Positions 1-11,926 of a stretch of 64,000 bases of DNA are shown here, piece by piece. Location of the stretch: NCBI RefSeq assembly GCF_041956535.1, contig NW_027192202.1, forward strand, positions 521,474 through 585,473, read 5' to 3'. Below the pieces are notes generated by a model. The model did no database searches and was not told the DNA's origin. It saw only the letters and a list, made by a program, of their open reading frames with translations. The stretch's first letter is position 1. Each line of letters starts with the position of its first letter. The position numbers were made by a program, and so were the translations under genes. The stretch comes from Calcarisporiella thermophila CBS 279.70. Taxonomy: Eukaryota > Fungi > Calcarisporiellomycota.

Positions 1-168
1 GGAGCTACTGTAATTCTATATCCTCCTGTAAGATATATTTGAAGATATCTCATAAAAATTTCACTGTTGTGCTAGAGAATTGAAGGGAGTTGAAAATAAT
101 CTTTGAACATTGTTTTAATAAAGTAAAAAGAAGAATATAATAGAACACGATGGATCAGGTAATTTTAT

Positions 169-716
169 TTACTGCTTGCCAGTCTTTTGAGCCTTGAGGA
201 CCTTCTTGACGATCTTCTGCTCCTCAATCAAGAAAGCACGGACAATACTAAAGTTGAAAAATGAGGGTTATTAAAAAATGCCCAGCGCAAGCGATCTCAC
301 AAAACAGCAAACATACCGGTTGCGAACGCAGTGGGCGCAGCGGCTTCCTCCGTAAGCACGGTTGACGGTCTTTTCGCGCTTGGAAAGAGTGGCATACTTG
401 CGGGGGCGGAGGCAGGGGAGCTAGAGGAGAAGATGCATCCATCATTAATCCAAACAAATCGGGATCATCTGGTCCACCCATTCACTTACACCAGCGAGAG
501 TAAGGCCGCAGTCACCGCAGCGGGGACCGTTGGCAGGCTTCGTCTCGTACAAAAAGCGAAGACGACCACCTTGAAGTAAGAAAGAGGACCGATTCAGTAT
601 TAAGTCAAAATCAGAAAAGCCAGCATGGATGCTTTACCAGGCGTCTTAATGATCCGGGTACGGTTTGACCGGGTGTTGTAGGAGAGGCGGCGACGATAGG
701 TAAGACGCTGGGCCAT
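169..716 (-). CDS. RPL34: 60S ribosomal protein eL34 (4 coding exons)
   Basis: Spliced translation [48 protein letters not shown].../[53 protein letters not shown]; GT-AG introns. Confidence 0.97.
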
Positions 717-1200
717 TTCTTATGGATTTATCTTCGTCTAATCGATCAAAGGAAGGAGCATTAGCACACTCGCAAAAGGACGTATCACTGGGGATGGATG
801 GAAGAGCGCAATGCATCCATCACGAGTTCATACATATCAGGCATCCCGCCTCCACCAGCACCTCTTTTTTTGTTCATATCTTACCTCTTGGAAACGATGG
901 ATTACAAAGAGGAGGAACTTCTTGTGGGAAGTAAGCTGTAACTTTTTTCACTCTCGAATTTCGAATCCAAGCCACAGTGTCTGAAGTGGGATCTTAAGTC
1001 CCAATTCATCAAATGTCTCAAAAAATTCAAAGACATTGATATAACGATTGCTCACTGATTATTTTCAACTATTTTCAATTATTTCCATTTAATTCACTGC
1101 AAAGGAGGGACTCGAGCATGATATTCCTCTCCCCTTCTTATTTCAATCTGGCATAGATATTTTTTAAGGCAACCCATTATATCTTGAAACCACTTTCGCG

Positions 1201-4192
1201 ATGGACTATTTCTCGAAATTCAAGCGAAAGATATCCGTTCCCAAAACCCAACCGACGAGCGCGATGCAGCTCGCAAAATTCCACAAATGCTGGAATTACG
1301 TTCACGTAGCTAATCTCCAGATTTTCCTACCGCCCCTATCGTTCCCTAATTATTTTCAAACTTATATTTAATGAACAGAACATCTTCTTTGTTGAGGACA
1401 AGAAGACCAATCTCCGAATTGAGCAGACAGATATCTCGAACAAGATTCGAACGTTAGTGGATCTGCTGGTTGACGAAGAGGCGCGTCTGGATGAAAGCAC
1501 AACTGAGACAGGCGCTTGCATGGAATACTTCCTTAAGAACGGGGTGCTTTCGGTCCTTGTCAACCTCTCGGAAGCCGACTACCCCATTGGGATGCGCGGG
1601 GAAACGATCCGTACCGTCGCTAGCATGATAAACCTGCTCAATGATCGGTTTCTTGTGCACAATGCCGTGCATAAGCCCACTATTAAACTGCTGCGCACAT
1701 GCATCATGGACGAGCGGCAGAGTGAATTATACCATGAGGATTTGGTTGATTTAATGTATATCATTTGCTCAAAAATCCACGGCTTCCCCGCCCTCCTCAA
1801 TGTGTTCTTCCATGATAAGCAGTGGCTTACCACCCCACATCGACGTGCTCAGGGGAGAGAAGCAGCCCTGCCCACAATAGGCGAAGAGGAGGGAGATGAT
1901 CGGCCCCTAGGGGATTCGCCCGCACGCAATAGGCCTCACAGTCTCGCCACCCCGCCACCCACTTCCCCCAATACCCCCCATCTCTCCATCAAGCGACCAG
2001 AGTACGAATTCCTACTCTTCTCCTATCTTCTGAAGTTTGTGCACCGTGAGGGCCGGGCGGGTGACTTTGCGCGCACCGGCCTACTCTTCCTCGTTGAGAT
2101 GGCCACCGGGGCGCTGGGCGAGTTTATTCTCGAGAGTGATTTTGTGACCATCTTGGCGGCTGGGCTCGGGGCACTCTACTCGCAGTTGCCACGAAAACTC
2201 GTGGTCACTCAAGTTGCCGATGGGGACCCCGCACACTTTCTGCTTGCCTCTGACAACGATCCGAGCTCTCAGCCAGGCGGGATCGGGGTCGAACTCTCCT
2301 CCAATCCAGACTTCCAGACTCAACTGGATTCGTTCCAGAAATTGCTCGAGTTCTGCCAGGATGTACTCACCCGGTGCCCAAACACCGACATTTCCCTTGC
2401 TCTTCTACGCAATGTGAAGAAGCTCTTCCTGCAAAACATCCTATACCCTTCGCTTTTGGAGTGTTCGGATGCGGACGGCTCCACGGTTGCGGTGGTGTCC
2501 TACATTGATTTGATCCTGTGGACGCTGCAGCAGGACGAACTCGTGGATCTGGTGATGGGCTTTCTGATGAATGGAGAGAGAGCAGAGGATTCCTCGTACT
2601 TGCCGGGGGATCCGATGCCAGAGGACGGGTTTTCTCTGAAGGACTTGATCTTTTCGTGCCTGCAGTCGAGTTCGCAGCCGACCGTGATTGCCACCCTGAA
2701 GCTGCTCCACACTCTTATCACGCGCCATTGCCGATACTCGTTAAAGCTGCTGATGTTGGAGCTGGATGAGCCGCAATCAAAAGGACGCGCCGGAGACGAG
2801 GTCGAGAATGGCGAAGAAGTTGCCGCCGGTGGAGTGCCTGCCACCACCGCCACCACCATCGGGCACCACCTGCGGGAGCTCGAGATGTTTTTCTCCCTGA
2901 TCACCTCCATTGACTCGACGTCTGCGGCTCTCGATAACTCCAGCTATGAGTGCTACCTTCGGGATGCAGAACTGGCCATCGAGGCCGACTTTTCCCACCA
3001 GCACACGCCCGCGGCCCCCCAAAAAGCGCCTACGAGCAGGCTCGAGAAAAGAAAGAGCTTCAAGTATGGTCAACGCCTAGACACGCTTAAGCCGCCGGTG
3101 CAAGTTCCACAAGAGGAGTCTCGCATTATTCCGAAGCACAGGTTGAGTTCGCGGGATCCTCTGCTAAAGATCCTTCAGGACTCTTTGTCGCACTACTTCG
3201 CCCATTCATCGGAGCTGAACCTGGTGCTGACAGGGGTGATCACCGCACTTGCGATTTGCCCCTATCGATCGTTGGAGGGCTGGCTCATCTTCCAGGAGAG
3301 CGATCGGAAGGGAGTGGATTCGTACGGGGAGGAGGACGGAAAGGTGCATGCAAGCGACATCTATGGTCGAAGACCGTTGACCTCCGAGACGGATTACGAG
3401 GATGAAAACGAGGACGAGGAGAGGGAGGAGGGCGACATGCACACGCTCGAAAACCGCGGCATTGCCAACGCCACGGCCCCCGCCATGTTCGTCTCATTTC
3501 CGCCGTTTTTCACGCTCCTCAAGACCCTCACCCAGCAGATTGAATTCTACCGCTCCGAGGTGGAGGGGTTCGACCGGTATCTCGAGGAGAGGCGCCGCGG
3601 GCTATTATTTGGCGAGAATTGGGAGGAAGAGCGACGAGAGGATCCCTCCGGCTCCCCCTTCTCCACCACGACCGCCTCCTCCACCGCCTCTTCCACCGTG
3701 GCGCAAGCACAAATGGCCGCGGCGGGAATGGCCGGGTTTTTGTCCCCGGGGAAGCGTGTGAGCAACCGCCTCCGGTCGCCGTCTGCAAGTCGCGCCGGCG
3801 GAAAACGTGAAGATAGCCCCAGCTTTCTGTCGCCCCAAGACCCCTCGGCCAGTCCCCACCCCGTCCGATCCACCCTCGCCCCCCACTCTCCCCTGCACCA
3901 ACATGCTCGCAATACCCAGCGTATCCGTGTGAAACCCCTCTTCCCCCACCGATTTGTCAATCCAGGGGAGGCGGAGGAGCGCATTCTCGATCTGGAGGAG
4001 GACGACGAGGACGTGTTCGCCCCGAATCGGAAGAAGAGCGACCCAGAAAACGGACATCCAAAGGGCATCAAAGAGATCAGCCTAAGCAATTTGCTTAACA
4101 ACGTGGTCATTCTTGAGGAGGCCATCAAGGAGATAATCGCCATTGTGCAGGTGAGGCGAAGTCTTGGGATCGATGAGGTGCGGTTTGCATGA
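1201..4192 (+). CDS. FAM160/FHIP (RAI16-like, FTS-Hook interacting protein)
   Basis: ATG at 1201, one intron at ~1306-1378, then a long ORF with GACMEYFLKNGVLSVLV, EFLLFSYLLKFVHREGRAGDFARTGLL, LNLVLTGVI and C-terminal LLNNVVILEEAIKEIIAIVQVR, motifs typical of the RAI16/FAM160 family. Confidence 0.88.
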
Positions 4193-5067
4193 GGTTGGTT
4201 GGCATTCTTTTTTTTCCCCCCTTTCTATCGCTTTTTTTTTTTGGAAATATATTATATCACCTTTAATTTCTCGCTGTAAAAGTTTCTAATTTTTTATTTT
4301 TACTTTTTTTTTTCTCATCCGCCTTCTCACTTTCTCTACTTTGTTTTGTTTTCACTTTGTTATTCCACTTTTTTTTTTCCTTACCTCTCTCTCTCTTCCT
4401 CCATGCTTAATTTTCACTGTTAATATGAGTTGAAATCTCTCCTATCCATTTTAATATTGTTTTTATAAAAAAGCCTAGCGAAATGCGCTAGTCAGACAAA
4501 TGCAATTATCGCTTCGGCCAATGGCGGTTGACGGAGTTGGAATACGGATTTGGAACGCGGGTCCAGCAATTCTCGCGAGACAACGACTCCTCTTTTCCAT
4601 CTTTATTTTTCTTGGATATCCCACTCTGGCATCCATCGGTGAATGTTGTCAAGACGAGGTGGAAATGAACTCGAGGGATTAAATCATCTGTTAGTTTGTA
4701 ATTGCTGCGTTTGCTTGTGTGAATCATAGTTTATTTTGCTATTCTTCATCATTCTTGTCATCTGCCTTTTATTTCTTCATCTCTGTATCAATAACATCAT
4801 CTTGCCACTTTGTCCAGTCCCCTTTTTGTTACGTTTGCGCCCGTTTCACTGTCAGGTTGGTACCCTTGGATGGCGGACTGGAGGGGATGACTCGATGCGG
4901 TCGTCCCTCATCTTAGCCCATCTTCTCTCCTAGCCTCCTCATCCCCCTTCATCCTCCCATCTCATTCTCCTGTTACTGTAGAGCAGGCGACCGCATCCGC
5001 CCGCAACTCCAGCGTATCTATTCAGGCCTAGATTCTTAGACTTCACAGACAATCTTCATTAATAGAC

Positions 5068-7954
5068 ATGGCACCTCGACAGCTCAAGTCTGGGTTCCTC
5101 TCCGTGAAGGAAGATGGGCTCCGCTCGTGGATCTGGAGCAAGCGTTTCCTGATCCTGGACGAGCAACAACTCCGCTTCTATCGTAATGAAGTAACTAGTG
5201 CTTGGCCCTCTGCGAATTCAGCATCCCATCTTACTTACCGGACTTTCTCCTCCCCACGTGTAGCAACCCAGCAGCTCGAGCATTGCCTCGATCCCACTAC
5301 GCGAAATTACGGCCGTCAACCGAACTGAATTGAAGCCATACTGCTTCGAGGTGACAACGCGCGAGCGGACCTTCTATATCTCATGCAAAAACGATGAGGA
5401 GTTGTACTCGTGGATGGACGAGATATATGGGGTAACCATTTTTGTCCCAGTTGGAAGAGAGCGAGCGCCACTGCCATCGATTCCTCGCTAACCTCTCGCC
5501 TCTTCCTAGAACTCCCCCTTGGGTGCCTCGGGGCCGACGAATTTCCAGCATCTGACGCATGTCGGATTTGACCCGAAAAACGGCATGTTTACCGGATTGC
5601 CGGATTCCTGGGCCCAACTCTTAAAAGGCTCGCATATTACCCAGGAGGACTATGCCAAGGTAATGTCGAGGATAAAGCTTCGTTTCCTAGAGCTTGGATG
5701 AGCTTCACGAACCCGCATCTTTCTTTTCCTTCCCATTTAGAATCCGCAAGCCGTGCTGGACGTGCTCGAGTTCTACATTGATCAGCAGCGTCGCGAACAG
5801 GACGAGCTTGGCGGCGGTCTCCTCAGCCTGATCCCCTCGTTTGAGGACGACTCCCATGGGTCCAAGACACCCTCGCCCCGCTTGGATAAGCCGGGTAGCA
5901 GAATTCTCGACTCGGGCTATAGCGAGCATCCACAGTATAAGCTCAACGGGAAGCCGAGTAGCAGCTCGCTACGGAACGAGGGGAGGGAGATGCCCCCCCG
6001 GAATCTATTCCCAGACCAGCAGCATGACCAGAAGCCCCCGAGCCGGCCTCCCCGGCCGCCACTTACCCTCGATATCCCAGAGATGGACAAGCTGCGGGTG
6101 TCCTCGCACTCCTCTCCGGGGAGCGGGCCCTCGCCAAAACTGAGCCCCGGCGGCGGGGGTGCCGCCGGCGGGCCTCCCTCCGCAAGGCTGGCGCCGCCCA
6201 TGCCCTCCCCCTCCTATCTCCCCCCCCTCGCCCACCTCTATATCCCCGAGCAGGCAACAGCAGTACCCATTCCCCAGCATGCCCCACGCGAACCAGGCTC
6301 CGCGGCCGCCGCACCCCTATGACGGACGGGATCCCGAGCGGGAGATGCCAGGATACCGGCGTGACCCGCGGGAGCCGTACGATCGATCCCGCGAGCCCGA
6401 CCCCCGGGATCAGCGAGAGCGGGAGCCCCATGACTGGGCCTATCGGGACCCGGCGGCCCATCCGGCTCCTATTCGCGAGCCACCGAAGCGGATGGAGCCG
6501 TCACGACCTCCCCCTAGTCCCACTCCCCCGGCCCCCTCCTCCGCTCCACGGCCCCCGCCGTCGACACGCCCCGACCCCCGAGACCCTCCCGCACCCCCTG
6601 CTTCCGCCCCGGCCCCCACCGGCAACCACGCCGCATCGCACGCGACCGAGAACGCGGCGGCGAAGCCGCCACCCAAGGTATCGCCGGCGGTGGCCAAGGT
6701 GAAGAAGGTGGAGCAGCGGATCAGCACGATGACGGAGGCGCAGATCATGGAGAAACTACGTAGGCTTTTTGTGTTGTTTGAGTAGAGTGCGAGCGGAGGT
6801 GGTCTGACCTGATCCTGCTTTCTCTCCCCTTCCCATAGGCTCCGTGGTCTCCAAGGGCGACCCGAACATGATCTACAGCAAGATCAAGAAGGTCGGGCAG
6901 GGCGCGTCGGGATCGGTGTACGTGGCCAAGCACCTGATGTCCAACCGCAAGGCCGCCATCAAACAGATCGATCTCGGCAGCCAGCCGCGCAAGGAGCTGA
7001 TTGTCAATGAAATCCTTGTGATGAAGGAGAATCAGCACCCGAACATCGTGAACTACTTGGACAGCTTCCTGCTGCAGGGCAATGAGCTCTGGGTCGTGAT
7101 GGACTACATGGAAGGGGGAGCGTTGACGGATGTTATCGAGAACAACGACATGACCGAGGAGCAGATTGCCCGGGTTTGCCTTGAGGTAGGAGAGAAGGTG
7201 TTGCGCGGCGAAAGGGTGATCCCCCCGACCTAAGCTTTTCTATTTTTGCCTCTAGTCCTGCAAAGGGTTGATGCATCTGCACACGCAAAACATCATCCAC
7301 CGCGACATCAAGAGCGACAATGTCCTTCTCTCGGCGCAGGGCCAGGTGAAGCTCACCGACTTTGGCTTCTGTGCCAAATTGACGGAGCAGAAGTCGAAGC
7401 GCGCCACCATGGTCGGAACCCCCTACTGGAGTAAGTGTGCCTCTGTTTAACATACGCTCAGGTGACCCTCCCCCCCTCATTGCTTTTTCCCCTTTCTCGT
7501 TTCCAGTGGCCCCGGAAGTGGTGAAGCAGAAGCAGTATGGGGCCAAGGTGGACATCTGGTCTCTTGGGATCATGGCCATCGAGATGATCGAGAAGGAGCC
7601 GCCGTACCTCGACGAAGAGCCACTTAAGGCTCTCTATCTCATCGCCACCAACGGGACCCCGACGCTGAAGAACCCGCAGGCGCTGAGCCGAGAGTTGAAG
7701 AGCTTCCTGGCCGTGTGTTTGTGCGTCGATGTGAAATCGAGGGCGACCAGCATGGAGTTGTTGGAGGTAAGTGAAGGGAGGCTGCTTCGGCTTTGTCCCC
7801 TCCCCCCCCCCCCGTTTTTTTTCCCCACGTTGAAGCGAATGCGGAGCACTTTATACTAACTCCACCCATCCCCACGCTCCTCTAGCATGAATTCCTGAAA
7901 AAAGCAGCACCATCTGAGGCCCTTGCCCCTCTCCTCGCCTTCAAGATGCGTTAA
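5068..7954 (+). CDS. CLA4: PAK family kinase with PH + CRIB + kinase domains (Cla4-like); apparent 1-nt frameshift at ~6220
   Basis: PH domain ([20 protein letters not shown]), CRIB ([15 protein letters not shown]), kinase motifs [30 protein letters not shown]; multiple GT-AG introns. Confidence 0.92.
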
Positions 7955-8198
7955 GCCGTAAAAATGGGTGAAAATTTTCCTTTTTTTTATTATATATTTT
8001 TCTTTTCTGTCTTTTTCCTTTTCCTTTCTTCCTCTCTTCCTCTCTAAATCTATCTATCTATGATATAATAACTATTTCACTTTCTTCATTCCAAAAATGA
8101 ATTTATTTTTTCATAATCCTAATGTTTTTCTTTCTCTTTCATAAAGAAATCAGTAATATGCCTCGTTTTTTTTTTTCTTTCAATAAAAAAATTAACAA

Positions 8199-8957
8199 TC
8201 AGCGGCGGCGCTTGCGAAGCTCTTTGCTTTTGCTGATTTCATCTGCCCCTTCGGCGATGAGTTGATAGAGCGCCTCGTTTCTTCGCGCACACAGCTACTC
8301 GTAGCAATGGCGAGGATAAAAAGCAGTAGCGTCAGTCGGCTGAGAGAGGACCAGCATTAGAAGGCAGCATACTCTACCTTGACATCGTCCATAGTGATGG
8401 TGGTTCGCTTAGCGTGACGCGCAAATTGCTCAAGATCTACAGCCAGCGACTCTACGCCCCGCGCAGCCGCCAAGGAAGAAAGGGATAAAGACCATTAGCC
8501 AAGTAGTGTTTATCGTCATCAACCACAAACACAGCCAAAAAAAGGATGTGCGGTTCCATGGCGAAAGCGACAAAAGTGATGGAAATAAAAAGAGCAAAAC
8601 AAGCTAATACAAAGTCCACAAAAAAAAAACAAACACTCTACCAGCTTGCTTGTAGACGAGATCCGCAAGACTCGCGACGAATTGGGGGGAGATCGTCATA
8701 CCCAGTTCAGAAGCTGTGCACAGGAGATAAAAAAGGAGGGAGAGATGAGTGTCGGCCGATGCCGATGGATGACCGCATTGTGATGGTACCTTGCTCCTCG
8801 CTGAGTTTGCTGACGGAGTACCATATTGCCGCTTTCAATCGCTACAGGCAACAGTGCCGCACAGATCAGAGGCGGGATTAGTAACAGTGTGGAAGAGAAG
8901 GAGGAGAATTCCAAATGGAACCTGCTGAAGGGCCTCTTCATCCGGAGGCTCTGCCAT
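8199..8957 (-). CDS. MHF1: CENP-S / MHF1 histone-fold protein (5 exons)
   Basis: Spliced MAEPPDEEALQQ/RLKAAIWYSVSKLSEEQ/..ISPQFVASLADLVYKQA/ESLAVDLEQFARHAKRTTITMDDVK/LCARRNEALY; FARHAKRTTI..DDVKLCARRN is the CENP-S signature. Confidence 0.93.
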
Positions 8958-10119
8958 GCTGCATGGGAGGGGGTGGGGAGGACGATGGCGGAAGCCCGCG
9001 AGGGCCAACGAAAACGCGTAAAAACCGCTGCGGAGGGTGTCGGGTGGTATCAGACGGCCTTCAGAGCCTCTAGCGGGGCCCTTGCAAGCAGGCTTGGGGC
9101 GCGACCATAAATAGGAAAAAGGGAAAAAAAAAGTTACCGCAAAAAGACAACAGCCATTCGTAGCATGGAGGATCCACACCGCACGAATAAGGAAGTATTT
9201 CATATGATTAAATAATACAGGGCCACGGCAGCCTAATGCTTGCCGATGCGCGCTGCAGTCGCAATGCAAAGCGGGAACGAAAAGAAGGCGAGCGATCGCA
9301 TTGCGCGCCTGCGCATCCGCAGCGGCCTCCGCGGCAGCAGCTGGCCCCCCCAGCGCATCAGGGCCCGGGTGCAGGCAGGCGCCCGGCGAGCAGGCGAGGA
9401 GAGCCTCAGGGTGCTCGCGCCCACACAGTCCCCAAACACAAGTGGGCCCAAACTCAAACCGCGGGCGAAACAGGGTGAGGACGCGAGGAGCAAATGCGTA
9501 ATTCCGCGAAATCCCACTAATCACGCCCCGCCGCTCGTCCACAAATGCACCGGATTGATGCATTGTCGCGCTCGCATCTCAAGCTCGCGAGCGCGGATCC
9601 TCAGCGTGCGGTTTCAATTGCCATCCGATCTGCTGGGTGACTCTATTGCCCTCTACACTGAACCTTAACGGGGGCCGCGCTGCTCTCGAAGCGCAAGATT
9701 GGCAACCCAAGCCTCGCATCGTCTGCACCTGGGCCCCGCGCGGCCCCCGCGCAGCGCAGGGCCACCGCCGGCCGCACCCGTTGCGCGCCTGGGCCGTGAG
9801 AAGAACCCGGCGGCGCAAGCGGCGCGACCTGGCGCGCGAGCGCGGCGGCGCGTGGACGCGACGGGGGGACAGAGTTTGCAGGGGAGAACAAGGAGAGCAT
9901 CAGAGTGTTTATTTGAAACCTTGTGAAGCAATGAAGTAAGGTTCGCTATCGGGCAAACCAACCTCTAAGGAAAAAAAAAGCTAAAACTTTCTTAGCGGAG
10001 GAGGGAAATTCTGAATTTTTTTTTTTCCTTCCCCACTTATCACCTTATTTCTCCAGACTGCTCCGCTCTCCCCTTGCCTGTTTCTCCTCCCACCCGCCTG
10101 ATTTCTCTGCCCAATGCAA

Positions 10120-11652
10120 ATGTCCAAGCAGCCCTCAGAGGACGAGACGCCTCTCGACGCCCTCGCCACCGCCGCAGGCATGGTCGCCGGCCAGCTGGTC
10201 AATCGCCCCCCCGCGCACGCACCGCCGCCCCCGCCGCCCCCCTCCGTCTTCCCGCGCACGGGGCCAGCCCCATTGGCCCCGCCCCCCCCGCCTGCTCATC
10301 CCTCCATTGCTCCCGCGGTAAGTGTCCCTCCGCATTTGCATCTCTGCTTGATCGCCTCCCGAGCACAAGGCTGATGGCTGACCTCTCTTCCTCCTCCCCC
10401 GCTGTCGCCGCGCGATGGATCCACAGACCGGAGCCGACTTGCGGCCTAGCTCCTGGCCACCCATCCACCCTTCGCATCCCCAGATCCAGGAGAATGCCAA
10501 TCCATCAGTGGTAGGGGGAATGGTAGCATGCTTCATGGATGCTCTCCCGAGCCTGCGCTAACCCATTCCCGCTGTAGGTTGCTCCACATGGCAGAGAGGG
10601 AAGCGCATTCAGCAACACGCATCATTCAGTGGTAAGTGCATCCGTCTGATTACTCGATTGCTCTTGGGAGCAAATGCAGCTGAATTCAACCGGTTCGTTT
10701 CGCTATCATAGCGCTTCGATCCCCGGATAAAGCGAAATGCGACCCACGCATATCTGGCCTACTTGATATACCAGGATTCGAAGAGGCATCAGTCGCAGCC
10801 ACAGCAACAGCAGCCGCAACCACAGCCACAGCCACAGCAGCAGCAGCAGCAGCAATCACGACACTCTCCTATCAAGAAGCCCGGAAGGGTGAGCTTCATC
10901 CGCTCCCCCCCCCCCCCTCCTCTATCTGCACAGAGATCTAATCTCGCTTTTTTCTCCCCACCTAGCCAAGAACCAGGTCGAGCTGGTCTACCTCCAAACA
11001 ACCAGAGTCTCCCCAGTCCACTCCAGGCCGCAGTTCCTCCATGCCCTCGCTCTATCCCTCCCCATCTCAGGTTGACTATCGACCGCCCCAGCCACCCCCT
11101 CCCCTTCCCCCTCCCTCCTCAACCTACGCCTTCCCTCCGCATCCACCCCAATCCCCCCTCTCACAACCCCAGCAACCACATCAGCCACAGCAACCGCAAC
11201 CGCAACCTCAGCAATCACCATATCATCTTCAACCGCAGCAGCAACCTCAGCCACAACCCAATTCGCCCTCCCAACGCAGCATGCGACTCCCCCCTCCCAG
11301 TGCCCTTCTCCCGCCATCGCATTCGTTGCCGCCGCCGCCCCCCCCTCTTCAGAGCTACAAGTATCCGGCGCAGCCTGACGCCGGGCTCCACCATTCTCAT
11401 GGGAACCCTCCGCATTCAAATCCACCAAAGTTGCCGTCTATCCATCAATTAACCCTGATACCTTCCACGAGAGAGGGGCAGCGGGCCTCATTGCCCTCCT
11501 ATTCTCCGCAGTTTAGTCCCGGAGGGGCGCCGTCCTTCATGCCCCCTCCCCCTCCTCCTCCCCCTCAACGTCCGTCTCTCCCATCCCTGGCACGAGCTTT
11601 TGACCCAACCGCCCCGCCGCCTCCCCCATCCTTTCCAAACAATAGGCCATAG
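10120..11652 (+). CDS. Pro/Gln-rich low-complexity protein of unknown function (5 exons)
   Basis: Canonical GTAAGT/GTAGGG/GTAAGT/GTGAGC donors join MSKQPSEDETPLDALATAAG... in frame to the 11041-11652 ORF; no folded domain recognised. Confidence 0.65.
10795..10855 (+). repeat. CAG/CCA-CAG coding microsatellite (polyQ/QP)
   Basis: cagccacagcaacagcagccgcaaccacagccacagccacagcagcagcagcagcagcaa. Confidence 0.8.
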
Positions 11653-11926
11653 CCGAGTATATTGATTTTTTTCTTCTCAACTGCATGTTCCCCTCTGAAA
11701 TTAATCCCCGTTTTTTCGCGCGCGTGTTTGTGTGTGTTTATTTGTGTGTGTTTGTGTGTGTAAATAAGCAAAACCGATCAGCAGGCGTGAATTATATACA
11801 GTATATTCCGCATTTTGCAAATTATTGTTTTTTTAATTTGTTTTTTTTTTCCGTTTAATACAATACTTTGGCCACCCGAAAACCCGTCACGCGATTCACA
11901 ACAATTCGTTTCATTCCGCTCCACGC

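Noticed and set aside
8835-9961. Several overlapping 66-242-aa ORFs
   Set aside because: GC-rich stop depletion, mostly non-ATG starts, no domains
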